Assembly: GCA_000743035.1 (NCBI GenBank) | Contig: CP008936.1 | Span: forward strand, 1,410,001 to 1,442,000 | Direction of reading: 5' to 3' | Length of the DNA stretch: 32,000 nt | DNA from: Candidatus Paracaedimonas acanthamoebae | Lineage (GTDB): Bacteria; Pseudomonadota; Alphaproteobacteria; Caedimonadales; Caedimonadaceae | Shown: piece by piece, positions 1-8,258 of the stretch | Position numbering within the stretch: the stretch's first letter is position 1 | Layout: the number at the start of each line of letters is the position of its first letter | Translations under genes and position numbers: made by a program | Notes under the pieces: generated by a model | Databases searched by the model: none | What the model was told of the DNA's origin: nothing | Seen by the model: the letters and a program-made list of their open reading frames with translations, nothing else

Positions 1-2
1 GT

Positions 3-377
3 AAGGTAAAATTTATTTTTCGGCATTTTCCGACGGATGCAACTGCCCTGAAAGCAACAGCTATTTTAATTCATGTGCCTTTACCTCGACAACCTCAAGT
101 CCTTCAGCAAGCGTTTGAGACCCAAGCCCAATGGGTTGAAACAAAAGATTTTAAAGCACTTAGTCGTATTTGTGGTTTAGAAGAAAAGTTTTGTGAACAT
201 ATTATCAAAAATCCTAAAGTTTTAGACGCCATTATAAAAAAGAGAGTAATTTATGAAAAAGCCTTGCTTATTGACGGGACGCCCACATTTATTATTAATG
301 GAAAGGTTTATGCAAGAGATCTTAAACTACCTGAATTAGAAAAAATTCTTAATGGTTCTATTACCCATGCAAACTAA
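3..377 (+). CDS. DsbA-family thiol:disulfide oxidoreductase, C-terminal part (5' end lies outside the window)
   Basis: Frame 3 is open from the window edge (KVKFIFRHFPTDATALKATAILIH...) to TAA at 375-377. DGTPTFIINGKVY resembles the thioredoxin-fold cis-Pro region of DsbA-like proteins. The CxxC part is not in the window. Confidence 0.7.
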   Translation, partial: KVKFIFRHFPTDATALKATAILIHVPLPRQPQVLQQAFETQAQWVETKDFKALSRICGLEEKFCEHIIKNPKVLDAIIKKRVIYEKALLIDGTPTFIINGKVYARDLKLPELEKILNGSITHAN

Positions 378-699
378 CTTAAATTTTAAGCTCGTTGCAG
401 AAAAAACTTTTGAATCCCTCTCGTCAATTCTTGAAGACGTTTTAGAAGATAAAGGAGAAATTGAAGATACAGGGGGAATATTAAAAATATTGCTCTCGAA
501 CAGCAATACAGTGCTATTAAATTTTCATACACCCACTAGCCAAATCTGGCTTTCATCCCCTTTAAGTGGGGCTCTTCATTTTTCATGGGATGATCAACAA
601 AGAAAATGGCTATCGACACGCTCTCCACATGAAGATCTTTTTACTTTCCTTGAAAGAGACCTATCTCAACTCTGTGGGTTTTCAGTTGACTTAAAATGA
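367..699 (+). CDS. cyaY: CyaY / frataxin-like iron-binding protein
   Basis: About 110 aa with an acidic N-terminal helix (LEDVLEDKGEIED) and the frataxin core TPTSQIWLSSPLSGALHFSWD. I chose the ATG at 367 over the track start at 352. It overlaps the dsbA-like stop. Confidence 0.75.
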   Translation: MQTNLNFKLVAEKTFESLSSILEDVLEDKGEIEDTGGILKILLSNSNTVLLNFHTPTSQIWLSSPLSGALHFSWDDQQRKWLSTRSPHEDLFTFLERDLSQLCGFSVDLK

Positions 700-2474
700 A
701 ACAAGAAGATTCTCAAAGTTACTCTTTAAAACTTTACTCGCCCTTAAAAGAACTTATTCCTTACCTCAAACCTTATTCTTGCTCTCTTTTAATAACTTTT
801 TTTGCTCTTTGCGGAGCCGCTTTTTCCATTCTTTTTATTGGGCCTAGCCTTCGCTTTTTAATAGACGGCGGCTTTCAAACTGAAAATCTAGAACTTCTTA
901 ACAAAGCAATTTTGATGCTTATCGTGCTTAGTTTAGTACTAGCTTTCTCTGCTTATATTCGACTTTCTAGCACCTCTTGGCTTGCAGAACAAATCGTCGC
1001 TGACTTAAGGAAAGACTTTTTTGCTCATCTTCTAAGGCTTGATACTCATTTTTTTGATAATGCTCGCTTAGGCGATATCATCGCGCGACTTAGTGATGAC
1101 TGCACACTTCTTAAAACTCTTTTAAGTACTTCTGGAGCCATCGTCATTAGAGGGTTTATCCAATTTATGGGCGCTTTAATCCTCATGTTTTTCACTAGCT
1201 TAAAATTGACGTTTTTTGCCGTTTTAATCATACCTATCGCCTTTTTTCCCATCGGATTATTGGGTGGGCGCTTAAAAAGAAAAACATTAGAGGTACAAAA
1301 TGCCCAGGGTGATCTCATCGCCTTCTCGGAAGAACGGCTTTCAGGAACTACAACTATTCAAGCTTTTACCCAAGAAGAAGCCGTTATCAATCAATTCGCA
1401 GCCTTAAGTACTGCTAACCTTAAAATGAGTCGCGAAAATCTTCGGATGAGAGCTCTTCTGATTTCTCTGGTAATTGGATGTGTCTTTATTGCCCTCAGTA
1501 TTCTCTTAAGTTTAGGAGGATACAGTGTTCTTTCGAAAAATTTAAGTCCAGGAACGTTTCTCTCTTTTTTATTTTATGCTCTTATTGCTGCAGGCTCTTT
1601 AAATGAAATTGCAGAAGTTTTAGGGGATTTTCAGAAAGCCGCGGGAGCTATGAGTCGCCTTCTTGAGATCCTAAGGACACCTTCTAGACTCAATAAGCCG
1701 CACTCTACTTTTGTCCCTAAAACACATCTTCAAGGTCATTTGGGTTTAAAAAATGTTTCTTTTGCTTACCCTACCCGCCCTCAAATACAAGCTCTTGAGA
1801 ATATTTCTTTTGAAATCAAAAAAGGCGAAAAAGTTGCGATCATTGGACCATCCGGTGCTGGAAAAAGTACTCTTTTTAAGCTCTTATTAAGGTTTTATGA
1901 CCCTCAAGCAGGATCGATTTTTATTGATGGCCATGAAGCACCTATCCTCAACCTCCAAGTGCTCCGGCAAACCTTTTCTTTAGTGGCTCAAGAAACAACC
2001 ATTTTTCATGATACCTTATACAAAAACATCGCCTTTGCCCGCCCTGAAGCAACCTATCAAGAGGTTATGCAAGCAGCTGGAGCCGCTTATGTAAATGAGT
2101 TTTCTCACTCTTTGCCTCAAGGTTTTAATACAATTGTTGGCGATCAAGGGAAACAGCTTTCAGGCGGCCAACGTCAACGCGTTGCAATTGCTCGTGCCCT
2201 GTTAAAAAATGCGCCTATCCTTCTTTTAGATGAAGCAACGAATGCCCTCGATCCTCAAAGTGAATCCCTGATTCAGCAAGCGATCTCTCACTTAGTGAAA
2301 AATCGGACGACACTTGTTATTGCCCACCATCTCACAACGATTCTGAATTGTGGACGTATCCTTGTTATGGATAAAGGAAGACTCGTTCAAGAAGGAACAC
2401 ATCAAGCATTAATAAAAGAAGATGGACTCTATAGTAAACTTTACTCTAAGCAATTCCTGAATGAAGAAGGCTAA
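696..2474 (+). CDS. ABC exporter, fused permease/ATPase half-transporter (MsbA/Atm1-like ABCB type)
   Basis: N-terminal six-TM-type hydrophobic domain. Walker A GPSGAGKST, signature LSGGQRQR, Walker B ILLLDEAT, H-loop VIAHHL. The start ATG overlaps the cyaY stop (ATGA at 696-699). Confidence 0.9.
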   Translation: MKQEDSQSYSLKLYSPLKELIPYLKPYSCSLLITFFALCGAAFSILFIGPSLRFLIDGGFQTENLELLNKAILMLIVLSLVLAFSAYIRLSSTSWLAEQIVADLRKDFFAHLLRLDTHFFDNARLGDIIARLSDDCTLLKTLLSTSGAIVIRGFIQFMGALILMFFTSLKLTFFAVLIIPIAFFPIGLLGGRLKRKTLEVQNAQGDLIAFSEERLSGTTTIQAFTQEEAVINQFAALSTANLKMSRENLRMRALLISLVIGCVFIALSILLSLGGYSVLSKNLSPGTFLSFLFYALIAAGSLNEIAEVLGDFQKAAGAMSRLLEILRTPSRLNKPHSTFVPKTHLQGHLGLKNVSFAYPTRPQIQALENISFEIKKGEKVAIIGPSGAGKSTLFKLLLRFYDPQAGSIFIDGHEAPILNLQVLRQTFSLVAQETTIFHDTLYKNIAFARPEATYQEVMQAAGAAYVNEFSHSLPQGFNTIVGDQGKQLSGGQRQRVAIARALLKNAPILLLDEATNALDPQSESLIQQAISHLVKNRTTLVIAHHLTTILNCGRILVMDKGRLVQEGTHQALIKEDGLYSKLYSKQFLNEEG

Positions 2475-2475
2475 T

Positions 2476-3458
2476 ATGCTAATACGTCTTTATAATTATA
2501 TTTTCATCCTCTGTGCCCTTAATTTAAATTTGTATTCTTGCCACGCATCACAAGACATTCATGAAGATATTACCTTAATGCCTTCTTTAAAAATTCTCTT
2601 AAACACAGAAACCCCTCAAAAAAGCAATCAATTTAAACAATGTATTACACGAAATGCTCTTATTATCATTGACTGAGATGGAAATTAATTCATGAGCAAG
2701 CTGCCTTAAAGCATCCAAATTTGCGCCATTTAGGCTTTCAACTTTCTCAAGAAAGATCAGGCTTCAAAAAATTTAATACCCTTAAACATTATGGAGCTTT
2801 TATAAAAAAGAATTGTGAGATTAGTTGAACCTGAATGGCTACAAATCCTTAACTTTGCACAAGCCAAAGGAGCTACTATTATTGTGTTTACAAAAAATTC
2901 ACTTTCCATCATTCCTCTTAATTTTGCTGTACGTCATCGCAATAAAGAAATACAATCCCTTGGCTTAGTTTCATTTTTTGAACCTTCTTTTAGAAAACCA
3001 TCTTCGCCTTCTCTTCATTCTTTATCCTTCAAAGAACCAACCTCTATTTTTTATGAAGGCATTTTGATGACAATTCATCGATATAAAGGCGATACTTTAA
3101 AGAGCTTCATTGAATCCATTAAACGACACAATAGAATGAAACCTTTTTGGCCTACAAGCATCATTTTATTTGAAGATAAGGAAGGACAAATCCTTTCTAT
3201 GCGTCGAGTTGCTAAGGAACTTAATATACCTTTCTTGGGTTTTCTATATCTAAAAGATAAAGGAGAAATACCCCTCCTTATGCTATTTTACAAGCGTATA
3301 TCTTAGGCACACAAGCAGAATGGATCACAGAACAGCAAGCAGACGATTGGCTATTAAAACAACCAACGTATGCTCAAGAGTATTTTACCATTAAAAATAC
3401 CGAAAACCTCCTTGAACAAAAATTTGATAAGGATGTTACTCTTTCAATAAATCAGTGA
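2476..3458 (+). pseudogene. Degraded gene for a secreted or lipoprotein-like protein (possible HAD-like fold)
   Basis: The signal/lipobox-like N-terminus MLIRLYNYIFILCALNLNLYSC (frame 1) ends at TGA 2674-2676 just after ALIIID. Sensible reading continues in frame 3 (2679-2828, WKLIHEQAALKHPNLRHLGFQ...), then frame 1 (2815-3306), then frame 3 again (about 3261-3458, AILQAYILGTQAEWITEQQADDWLLKQPTYAQEYF...). That is one nonsense codon and three frame switches. Confidence 0.5.
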
Positions 3459-3570
3459 ACACCATCACAGCTACAATATTATAAAGATAATCTAGCTTTT
3501 GTTGTAGATATGATGAAGTTTTTTTTACATAAAAATTATTTCTTATTTTTCCTCTTCAAATTTCTAACCT

Positions 3571-5331
3571 TTACATCTTTTCAGGGATTTTAATTCCAAG
3601 CAAAGATAAGATCCTCTCAAGACAAACGAGTGTAAGATTTGCAAGCGCAAGCCAAGATGTTGCTTGTTTTAAGTCTTTATTACTCAAGATAGGACAAGTT
3701 TGATAAAAGGTGCTGAACTTTTGCGCAAGAGCATAAGCATGTTCGCATAAATGATGAGGTGCTCTTTCTTCATAACTTACTTTTAACATCCGCGATAATT
3801 GAACAACATTGAGGATAATGTCTCGTTGCTTATCTGCCTCAATTGTAATTGAGCCTGGAGTTAAACCTTGTTCTTTTGCTTTCGCCAGAAGAGATTTAAT
3901 TCTAACCGCCGTATAAAGTAAATAAGGTCCTGTCTTTCCTTGAAAACTGACAAATTTATCTAAATCAAAAATATAATCTGACATACGCGGAATCATAAGA
4001 TCCGAGAATTTAATGGCTGAGATAGCAACTTCCTTTGCAATTTCTTCTCTCTCTTGAGCAGAAATATCCGCGCCTAAATCGGCTTCCTCAATACGTTCTT
4101 GAGCCTTTGCAACGGCTGACTCTAACAAATCTTGCAGCTTCATTACGCCGCCAGAACGTGTTTTAAAAGGCTTACCATCTGCGCCATTTAGCGTTCCGAA
4201 AGCAATATGTTCTAAGCTTATATCTTCAGCAACTTTTGCTTTTTTAGCTGCTCGAAAAACCTGCTCGAAGTGAAGACTTTGGCGATTATCAACAACATAC
4301 AAGATACACTGAGGATTGAACATTTCATATCGTTGAGCAATGGTTGCGATATCCGTCATTCCATAAGTGATGCTGCCATCTGAAGTTTTTAAAATAAGCG
4401 GTGGCATAGGCTTTTTATCATCTTCAGTCGCAACCTCAATAATCGTGGCACCATCGCTTTCTTGGGAGATCTGCTGATCTTTAAACTTTTTAAGTAAGGC
4501 AGGTAGGATGTCATTAACACTACTCTCCCCCAGCCATAAATCAAAATGAACATCTAAAGGCTCGAACTGTCTTTTGATATCCTCAATAGAAACTTGCCTA
4601 AAACGCTGCCATAAAGCTTGATATCCTCGATGCCCCGATTGTAAATCTGTTGTTGTTTTCCGCGCCTTTTCACGAGCCCCTGCTTCTTTGCACCGCTCCG
4701 CAGCCTGCGGGTAGAGAATCTCGAGTTGCTCAATCGTTACAGGAGATGATTCAAAAGTATCTTCGTCAAAACCTTCTTTAAAATAAGGCCAATCAGGATA
4801 CAAAAGCTTGAATTCTTCAATCAGCATTCCTATCGGAAGCCCCCAATCCCCTAAATGAATATCACTAATGACTTCATCACCCAAAAAACGCGCTATACGC
4901 TGCAAAGACTCCCCGATAATAGATGATCGTAAATGGCCAACATGCATGGCTTTCGCAATATTAATGCCACCAAAGTCGATAACTATTTTCTGCTGCAACT
5001 CATTCAAGGGAACGCCCAGCCGCTGATCCTCAAAAATGCGATTCCCATACTCAGCTAAACATGCATCATGAACAATAATATTGATAAAACCTGGCACGCT
5101 CACAGAAACATCTGCAAAGGTTTGCAAAGAAGAAAGTTGTTGTTGAAGTTCGTTTGCTAAAACCAAAGGAGAGCATCCTTTTATTTTAGCTCCCTTAAAA
5201 GCACCATTACATTGATAATGATATTCTGCTTGACCTGAAGGAACAACACGCCCTAAAGTCGTCTCTAACCCAAGACTTTGAAAAGCTTTTTGAAGATGTT
5301 GTTCGATTTTATCTGCTAATGGCTGTATCAT
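3571..5331 (-). CDS. argS: Arginine--tRNA ligase
   Basis: 586 aa class I synthetase with HIGH-type motif AMHVGHLRS. ArgS-typical N-terminal additional domain and C-terminal anticodon-binding domain ending ...LGIKIPEKM. Confidence 0.95.
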   Translation of the reverse strand: MIQPLADKIEQHLQKAFQSLGLETTLGRVVPSGQAEYHYQCNGAFKGAKIKGCSPLVLANELQQQLSSLQTFADVSVSVPGFINIIVHDACLAEYGNRIFEDQRLGVPLNELQQKIVIDFGGINIAKAMHVGHLRSSIIGESLQRIARFLGDEVISDIHLGDWGLPIGMLIEEFKLLYPDWPYFKEGFDEDTFESSPVTIEQLEILYPQAAERCKEAGAREKARKTTTDLQSGHRGYQALWQRFRQVSIEDIKRQFEPLDVHFDLWLGESSVNDILPALLKKFKDQQISQESDGATIIEVATEDDKKPMPPLILKTSDGSITYGMTDIATIAQRYEMFNPQCILYVVDNRQSLHFEQVFRAAKKAKVAEDISLEHIAFGTLNGADGKPFKTRSGGVMKLQDLLESAVAKAQERIEEADLGADISAQEREEIAKEVAISAIKFSDLMIPRMSDYIFDLDKFVSFQGKTGPYLLYTAVRIKSLLAKAKEQGLTPGSITIEADKQRDIILNVVQLSRMLKVSYEERAPHHLCEHAYALAQKFSTFYQTCPILSNKDLKQATSWLALANLTLVCLERILSLLGIKIPEKM

Positions 5332-5489
5332 TGAAACTTAATCTCTCTCTTTTTATTGCGTTCTTTATAGCGCCTTCTGCAAAAACACTCTAGAGATTTA
5401 AAAAGAATAAATAAAATAGTGTAGAATAAAATTTTAGTTTTACTTGAATGAGCGCTTCGCTTATGTTAAGGCTTCTTTGTCTTTCAGAA

Positions 5490-5565
5490 GCCGGATTAGC
5501 TCAGCTGGTAGAGCAACTGATTTGTAATCAGTAGGTCGTTGGTTCGAATCCGACATCCGGCACCA
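5490..5565 (+). tRNA. tRNA-Thr (anticodon UGU)
   Basis: The 76 nt fold by hand into a cloverleaf. Acceptor GCCGGAT/ATCCGGC, D stem GCTC/GAGC, anticodon stem ACTGA/TCAGT with loop TTTGTAA (TGT at positions 34-36), T arm GTTGG-TTCGAAT-CCGAC, encoded CCA. Confidence 0.9.
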
Positions 5566-5634
5566 GTCAAATTAAGCGGTTAATAGCATTAGGATAACAT
5601 AAAGTTTTCTTTTCGAATTTAAGACTTTTCTTCA

Positions 5635-6174
5635 ATGAATCCACTTTCTATTATTAATTTTTGGTTCCATGAATTAATCCCAGAACAATGGTGGAAAAAG
5701 GATCCTGTCCTTGATCAACACATTTGCGAGAATTATCGTCATCTTCACCAACAAGCTCAAAAGGGCGAACTCTGGGAATGGCGATCAACCCCAGAAGGAA
5801 GACTTGCTGAAATTTTGATCCTTGATCAGTTCTCAAGGCATATTTATCGAGGTCAGCTCCAAGCTTTTTCAAATGATTCTATGGCTTTGGTTCTCGCCCA
5901 AGAAGCTATTTTATTAAAAGCCAATCTGGGATTAGCCCCTGTAAAGCGTAGTTTTCTTTACTTGCCCTTTATGCATAGTGAATCTTCCAGAATTCATGAA
6001 ATTGCGGTTAAGCTTTACACAGACTTAGGACTTGAAGAAAACCTTAAGTTTGAACTTTTGCATAAAAGAATCATTGATCAATTTGGTCGTTATCCTCATC
6101 GGAACGAAATTCTTAAAAGAACTTCCACAGAAGAGGAACTTGCCTTTTTACAGCAAGAAAATTCACAATTTTAG
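5635..6174 (+). CDS. DUF924 family protein
   Basis: 179 aa. N-terminal FWF...PEQWWKKD and C-terminal FGRYPHRNEILKR match the conserved DUF924 signature (FGRFPHRN-type). Confidence 0.8.
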   Translation: MNPLSIINFWFHELIPEQWWKKDPVLDQHICENYRHLHQQAQKGELWEWRSTPEGRLAEILILDQFSRHIYRGQLQAFSNDSMALVLAQEAILLKANLGLAPVKRSFLYLPFMHSESSRIHEIAVKLYTDLGLEENLKFELLHKRIIDQFGRYPHRNEILKRTSTEEELAFLQQENSQF

Positions 6175-6496
6175 TGTATTTTCTAAAATTACTCGGATTT
6201 TTATAGAATTCATTCCTTCCACGCTTTAAACAAAGACAGCTTTTTCTACTTCTCACGCAACATTGTTTTACAATGACATGGATTATACAGCACTACATTC
6301 CACCCCATTTTCCTCCTCCTTATGCAAAGAGAACAAAGTTGTACGTAAAAAGAAAGAATAATACTCTTTTATCAAAAATGATGTCATCACATAGTTGAAA
6401 TACTTTCTTTGGAGAAAATGATTGAATCTATTTTCAGAAAAGAGTTGCGTGCGCATGGAAGAGAGGGATGACTTTGACGAAGGAGCATGAAAAGCT

Positions 6497-6907
6497 TTAA
6501 ATTTTCTTTGACATTTTGTCTCTACGGAGTTGAGGCAAAAGCGAAAGCAACACGCCGGTTACTAAAGAGGCCACCAAGATCAATTCTTTATTGTGATCAA
6601 AGAATTCTTTTAGATGAAGGTCATCAGTTTTTTCTTTAAAGATATCTAAAGTTTTATTAAGAACAGGCGTTGTCTTTTTACCGCGAGCAGCCAGCATTAA
6701 AATACTCCCGAGCAAAATAAGGGAACCACTTAAAAGCATGCCTGTTTGAACATGTCCCAAGAGAGGCGCAAGATACTCAAACCCAAAGTACAAGCCAAAT
6801 GCTGCACCAATCAAGAAAGAGATGGTTCCCAAAGCACATAACCAAGAAAAAGAGTTTGTTTTAGGTTTCAAAAAAAGATCTAAAAAATGCAAAGCAAGTT
6901 TAATCAT
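6497..6907 (-). CDS. Small integral membrane protein, YqjE-like (phage holin family / DUF1469-like)
   Basis: 136 aa with two to three hydrophobic helices. Its start overlaps the upstream DUF883 gene stop as ATGA (6904-6907), the same pairing as E. coli yqjD-yqjE. Confidence 0.5.
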   Translation of the reverse strand: MIKLALHFLDLFLKPKTNSFSWLCALGTISFLIGAAFGLYFGFEYLAPLLGHVQTGMLLSGSLILLGSILMLAARGKKTTPVLNKTLDIFKEKTDDLHLKEFFDHNKELILVASLVTGVLLSLLPQLRRDKMSKKI

Positions 6908-7329
6908 CTTGACCGCCTTAAGAGGTTGGCAAGCAGCAGACCCGCACCAAAAGCCAATAAAACGGATGCCAAAGGACGTTCTGCGATGCGATCTTCAAGC
7001 TCGTCGAGTTTATCTTGGCCGTAGCTTACAAGTTCTTCACTTTTTTCTTTTAAGGTATCGACAGAAATACTGTGTGAGATGTCTTTTAATTCTGCTTTAA
7101 GGTTATCAAACACTTCATGAGCAGCGTCTTTGAGATCTTCAAAATCGTCTGAAGCTGAATTTTTCAATTTATTATAAGCATTTTCAGCATCATTAAATAA
7201 TTTTTGCAAGTTTTGCGCTTTTTTAGGATTCAAATTCTCAGAAACTGAGCCTGTTAGATCATTGATAATCTCGCGATATTTTTCAAGTTTATCGCTTAAA
7301 TTTCGTAAAATAAGATCGCTAGACTGCAT
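6904..7329 (-). CDS. ElaB/YqjD/DUF883 family membrane-anchored (ribosome-associated type) protein
   Basis: 141 aa. Long charged helical region followed by a C-terminal anchor ERPLASVLLAFGAGLLLANLLRRSR, typical of DUF883. AAGGA Shine-Dalgarno upstream of the ATG at 7329. Confidence 0.7.
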   Translation of the reverse strand: MQSSDLILRNLSDKLEKYREIINDLTGSVSENLNPKKAQNLQKLFNDAENAYNKLKNSASDDFEDLKDAAHEVFDNLKAELKDISHSISVDTLKEKSEELVSYGQDKLDELEDRIAERPLASVLLAFGAGLLLANLLRRSR

Positions 7330-7366
7330 AATTCATCCTTTTAAGTTACATTTTTAATTAGACTAT

Positions 7367-7426
7367 AAGGGCAGTTCCAGGAGGCCATGGAGTGGAGTGA
7401 AAAAGTTTTATCCTTAAACTGCCCTT
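7367..7426. repeat. Perfect 10-bp inverted repeat (AAGGGCAGTT ... AACTGCCCTT) with a 40-nt spacer; potential stem-loop
   Basis: 7367-7376 pairs base for base with 7417-7426. Four more pairs (AGGA 7379-7382 with TCCT 7411-7414) lie beyond a 2-nt bulge. It sits 38 nt upstream of the elaB-like start in a divergent intergenic region. Confidence 0.6.
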
Positions 7427-7652
7427 TGCCATGTTATGAGGCATTTTCTATTGTATAAAAGGGCTGGCATTATAACAGTTGAAAATCAGTCTATATTTCG
7501 CGCTTATAGTTCCCTTTAAGCTAGAGACTCACTTTAAATCCCTGGCGTTGTTCATAAAAAAAGATGTCTTAATGTATAATTGATGGAGATTGATTTTTAC
7601 CAAATGGTATATTAGCCTCACATGGGTTAAAACCATAAAGGATACTAGAACC

Positions 7653-8258
7653 ATGATCTCTTGTATTAGTGAAAAGGTTGTTTCTTTCAGCCTATTGATA
7701 AGCTTGGGAGTTTGTCAAAATATTAACGCTTCTAATGCTTATCATGAAAAAATGGTAAGACAAAATAACCGACAGTATGCAAAGCATCAGGAAAGGCAGT
7801 TTGAGAGGTACAACAAAGAATTTAAATTTTTATCTCAAATTGACTGGAATAACCCATGGACTTATTTATTTTCAACAATGTTAGTAGGCCAGGTCGTGCT
7901 ACCGAATTTAATCCCTGGAGCGGCCGCAGCTCCTGGACCTTCTGCTCTTCAAAGTGAGGGGCCTGACTTGCAAAGTTCTCCAATCTATAGCTCACAAAAT
8001 ACAACGTCACATTTGGCATCTTTACATGGTCCATACTCACTCTTCCAGCATAGTCCCTCATGGATCTCACAAGGAGGGGCAAACACGGCCTCGTTCCTGG
8101 CAACAGCTTCTGGTGAACAAAGTTCAACAGCCTCTAGTTCCTCAAGCGCACCAACGCTTGCACAAAGTGAACCTCCCTCTGCGAAACAAATTGCAACAAC
8201 CGCTGCTGCGGCTGCAACAAGAGGAGTGGCACTCGATGTTCCATTAAAACATTCGTAA
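7653..8258 (+). CDS. Hypothetical secreted protein with a Ser/Ala/Pro/Gln-rich low-complexity C-terminus
   Basis: ATG at 7653 with AAGGA about 10 nt upstream. Signal-peptide-like MISCISEKVVSFSLLISLGVCQNINA. Its 3' third overlaps the subtilase remnant on the opposite strand, so its true extent is uncertain. Confidence 0.35.
   Translation: MISCISEKVVSFSLLISLGVCQNINASNAYHEKMVRQNNRQYAKHQERQFERYNKEFKFLSQIDWNNPWTYLFSTMLVGQVVLPNLIPGAAAAPGPSALQSEGPDLQSSPIYSSQNTTSHLASLHGPYSLFQHSPSWISQGGANTASFLATASGEQSSTASSSSSAPTLAQSEPPSAKQIATTAAAAATRGVALDVPLKHS

Noticed and set aside
2674-2676. In-frame TGA after ALIIID could be read as Trp (genetic code 4).
   Set aside because: TGA clearly terminates cyaY (697-699) and the SPOR gene (24255-24257). 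Frameshifts are also needed to connect the fragments. Pseudogenisation is the simpler explanation.
6032-6229. 65-codon plus-strand ORF overlapping the 3' end of the DUF924 gene.
   Set aside because: It is out of frame within the conserved DUF924 C-terminus (FGRYPHRNEILKR), has low-complexity Ile/Lys/Phe-rich composition and has no SD.
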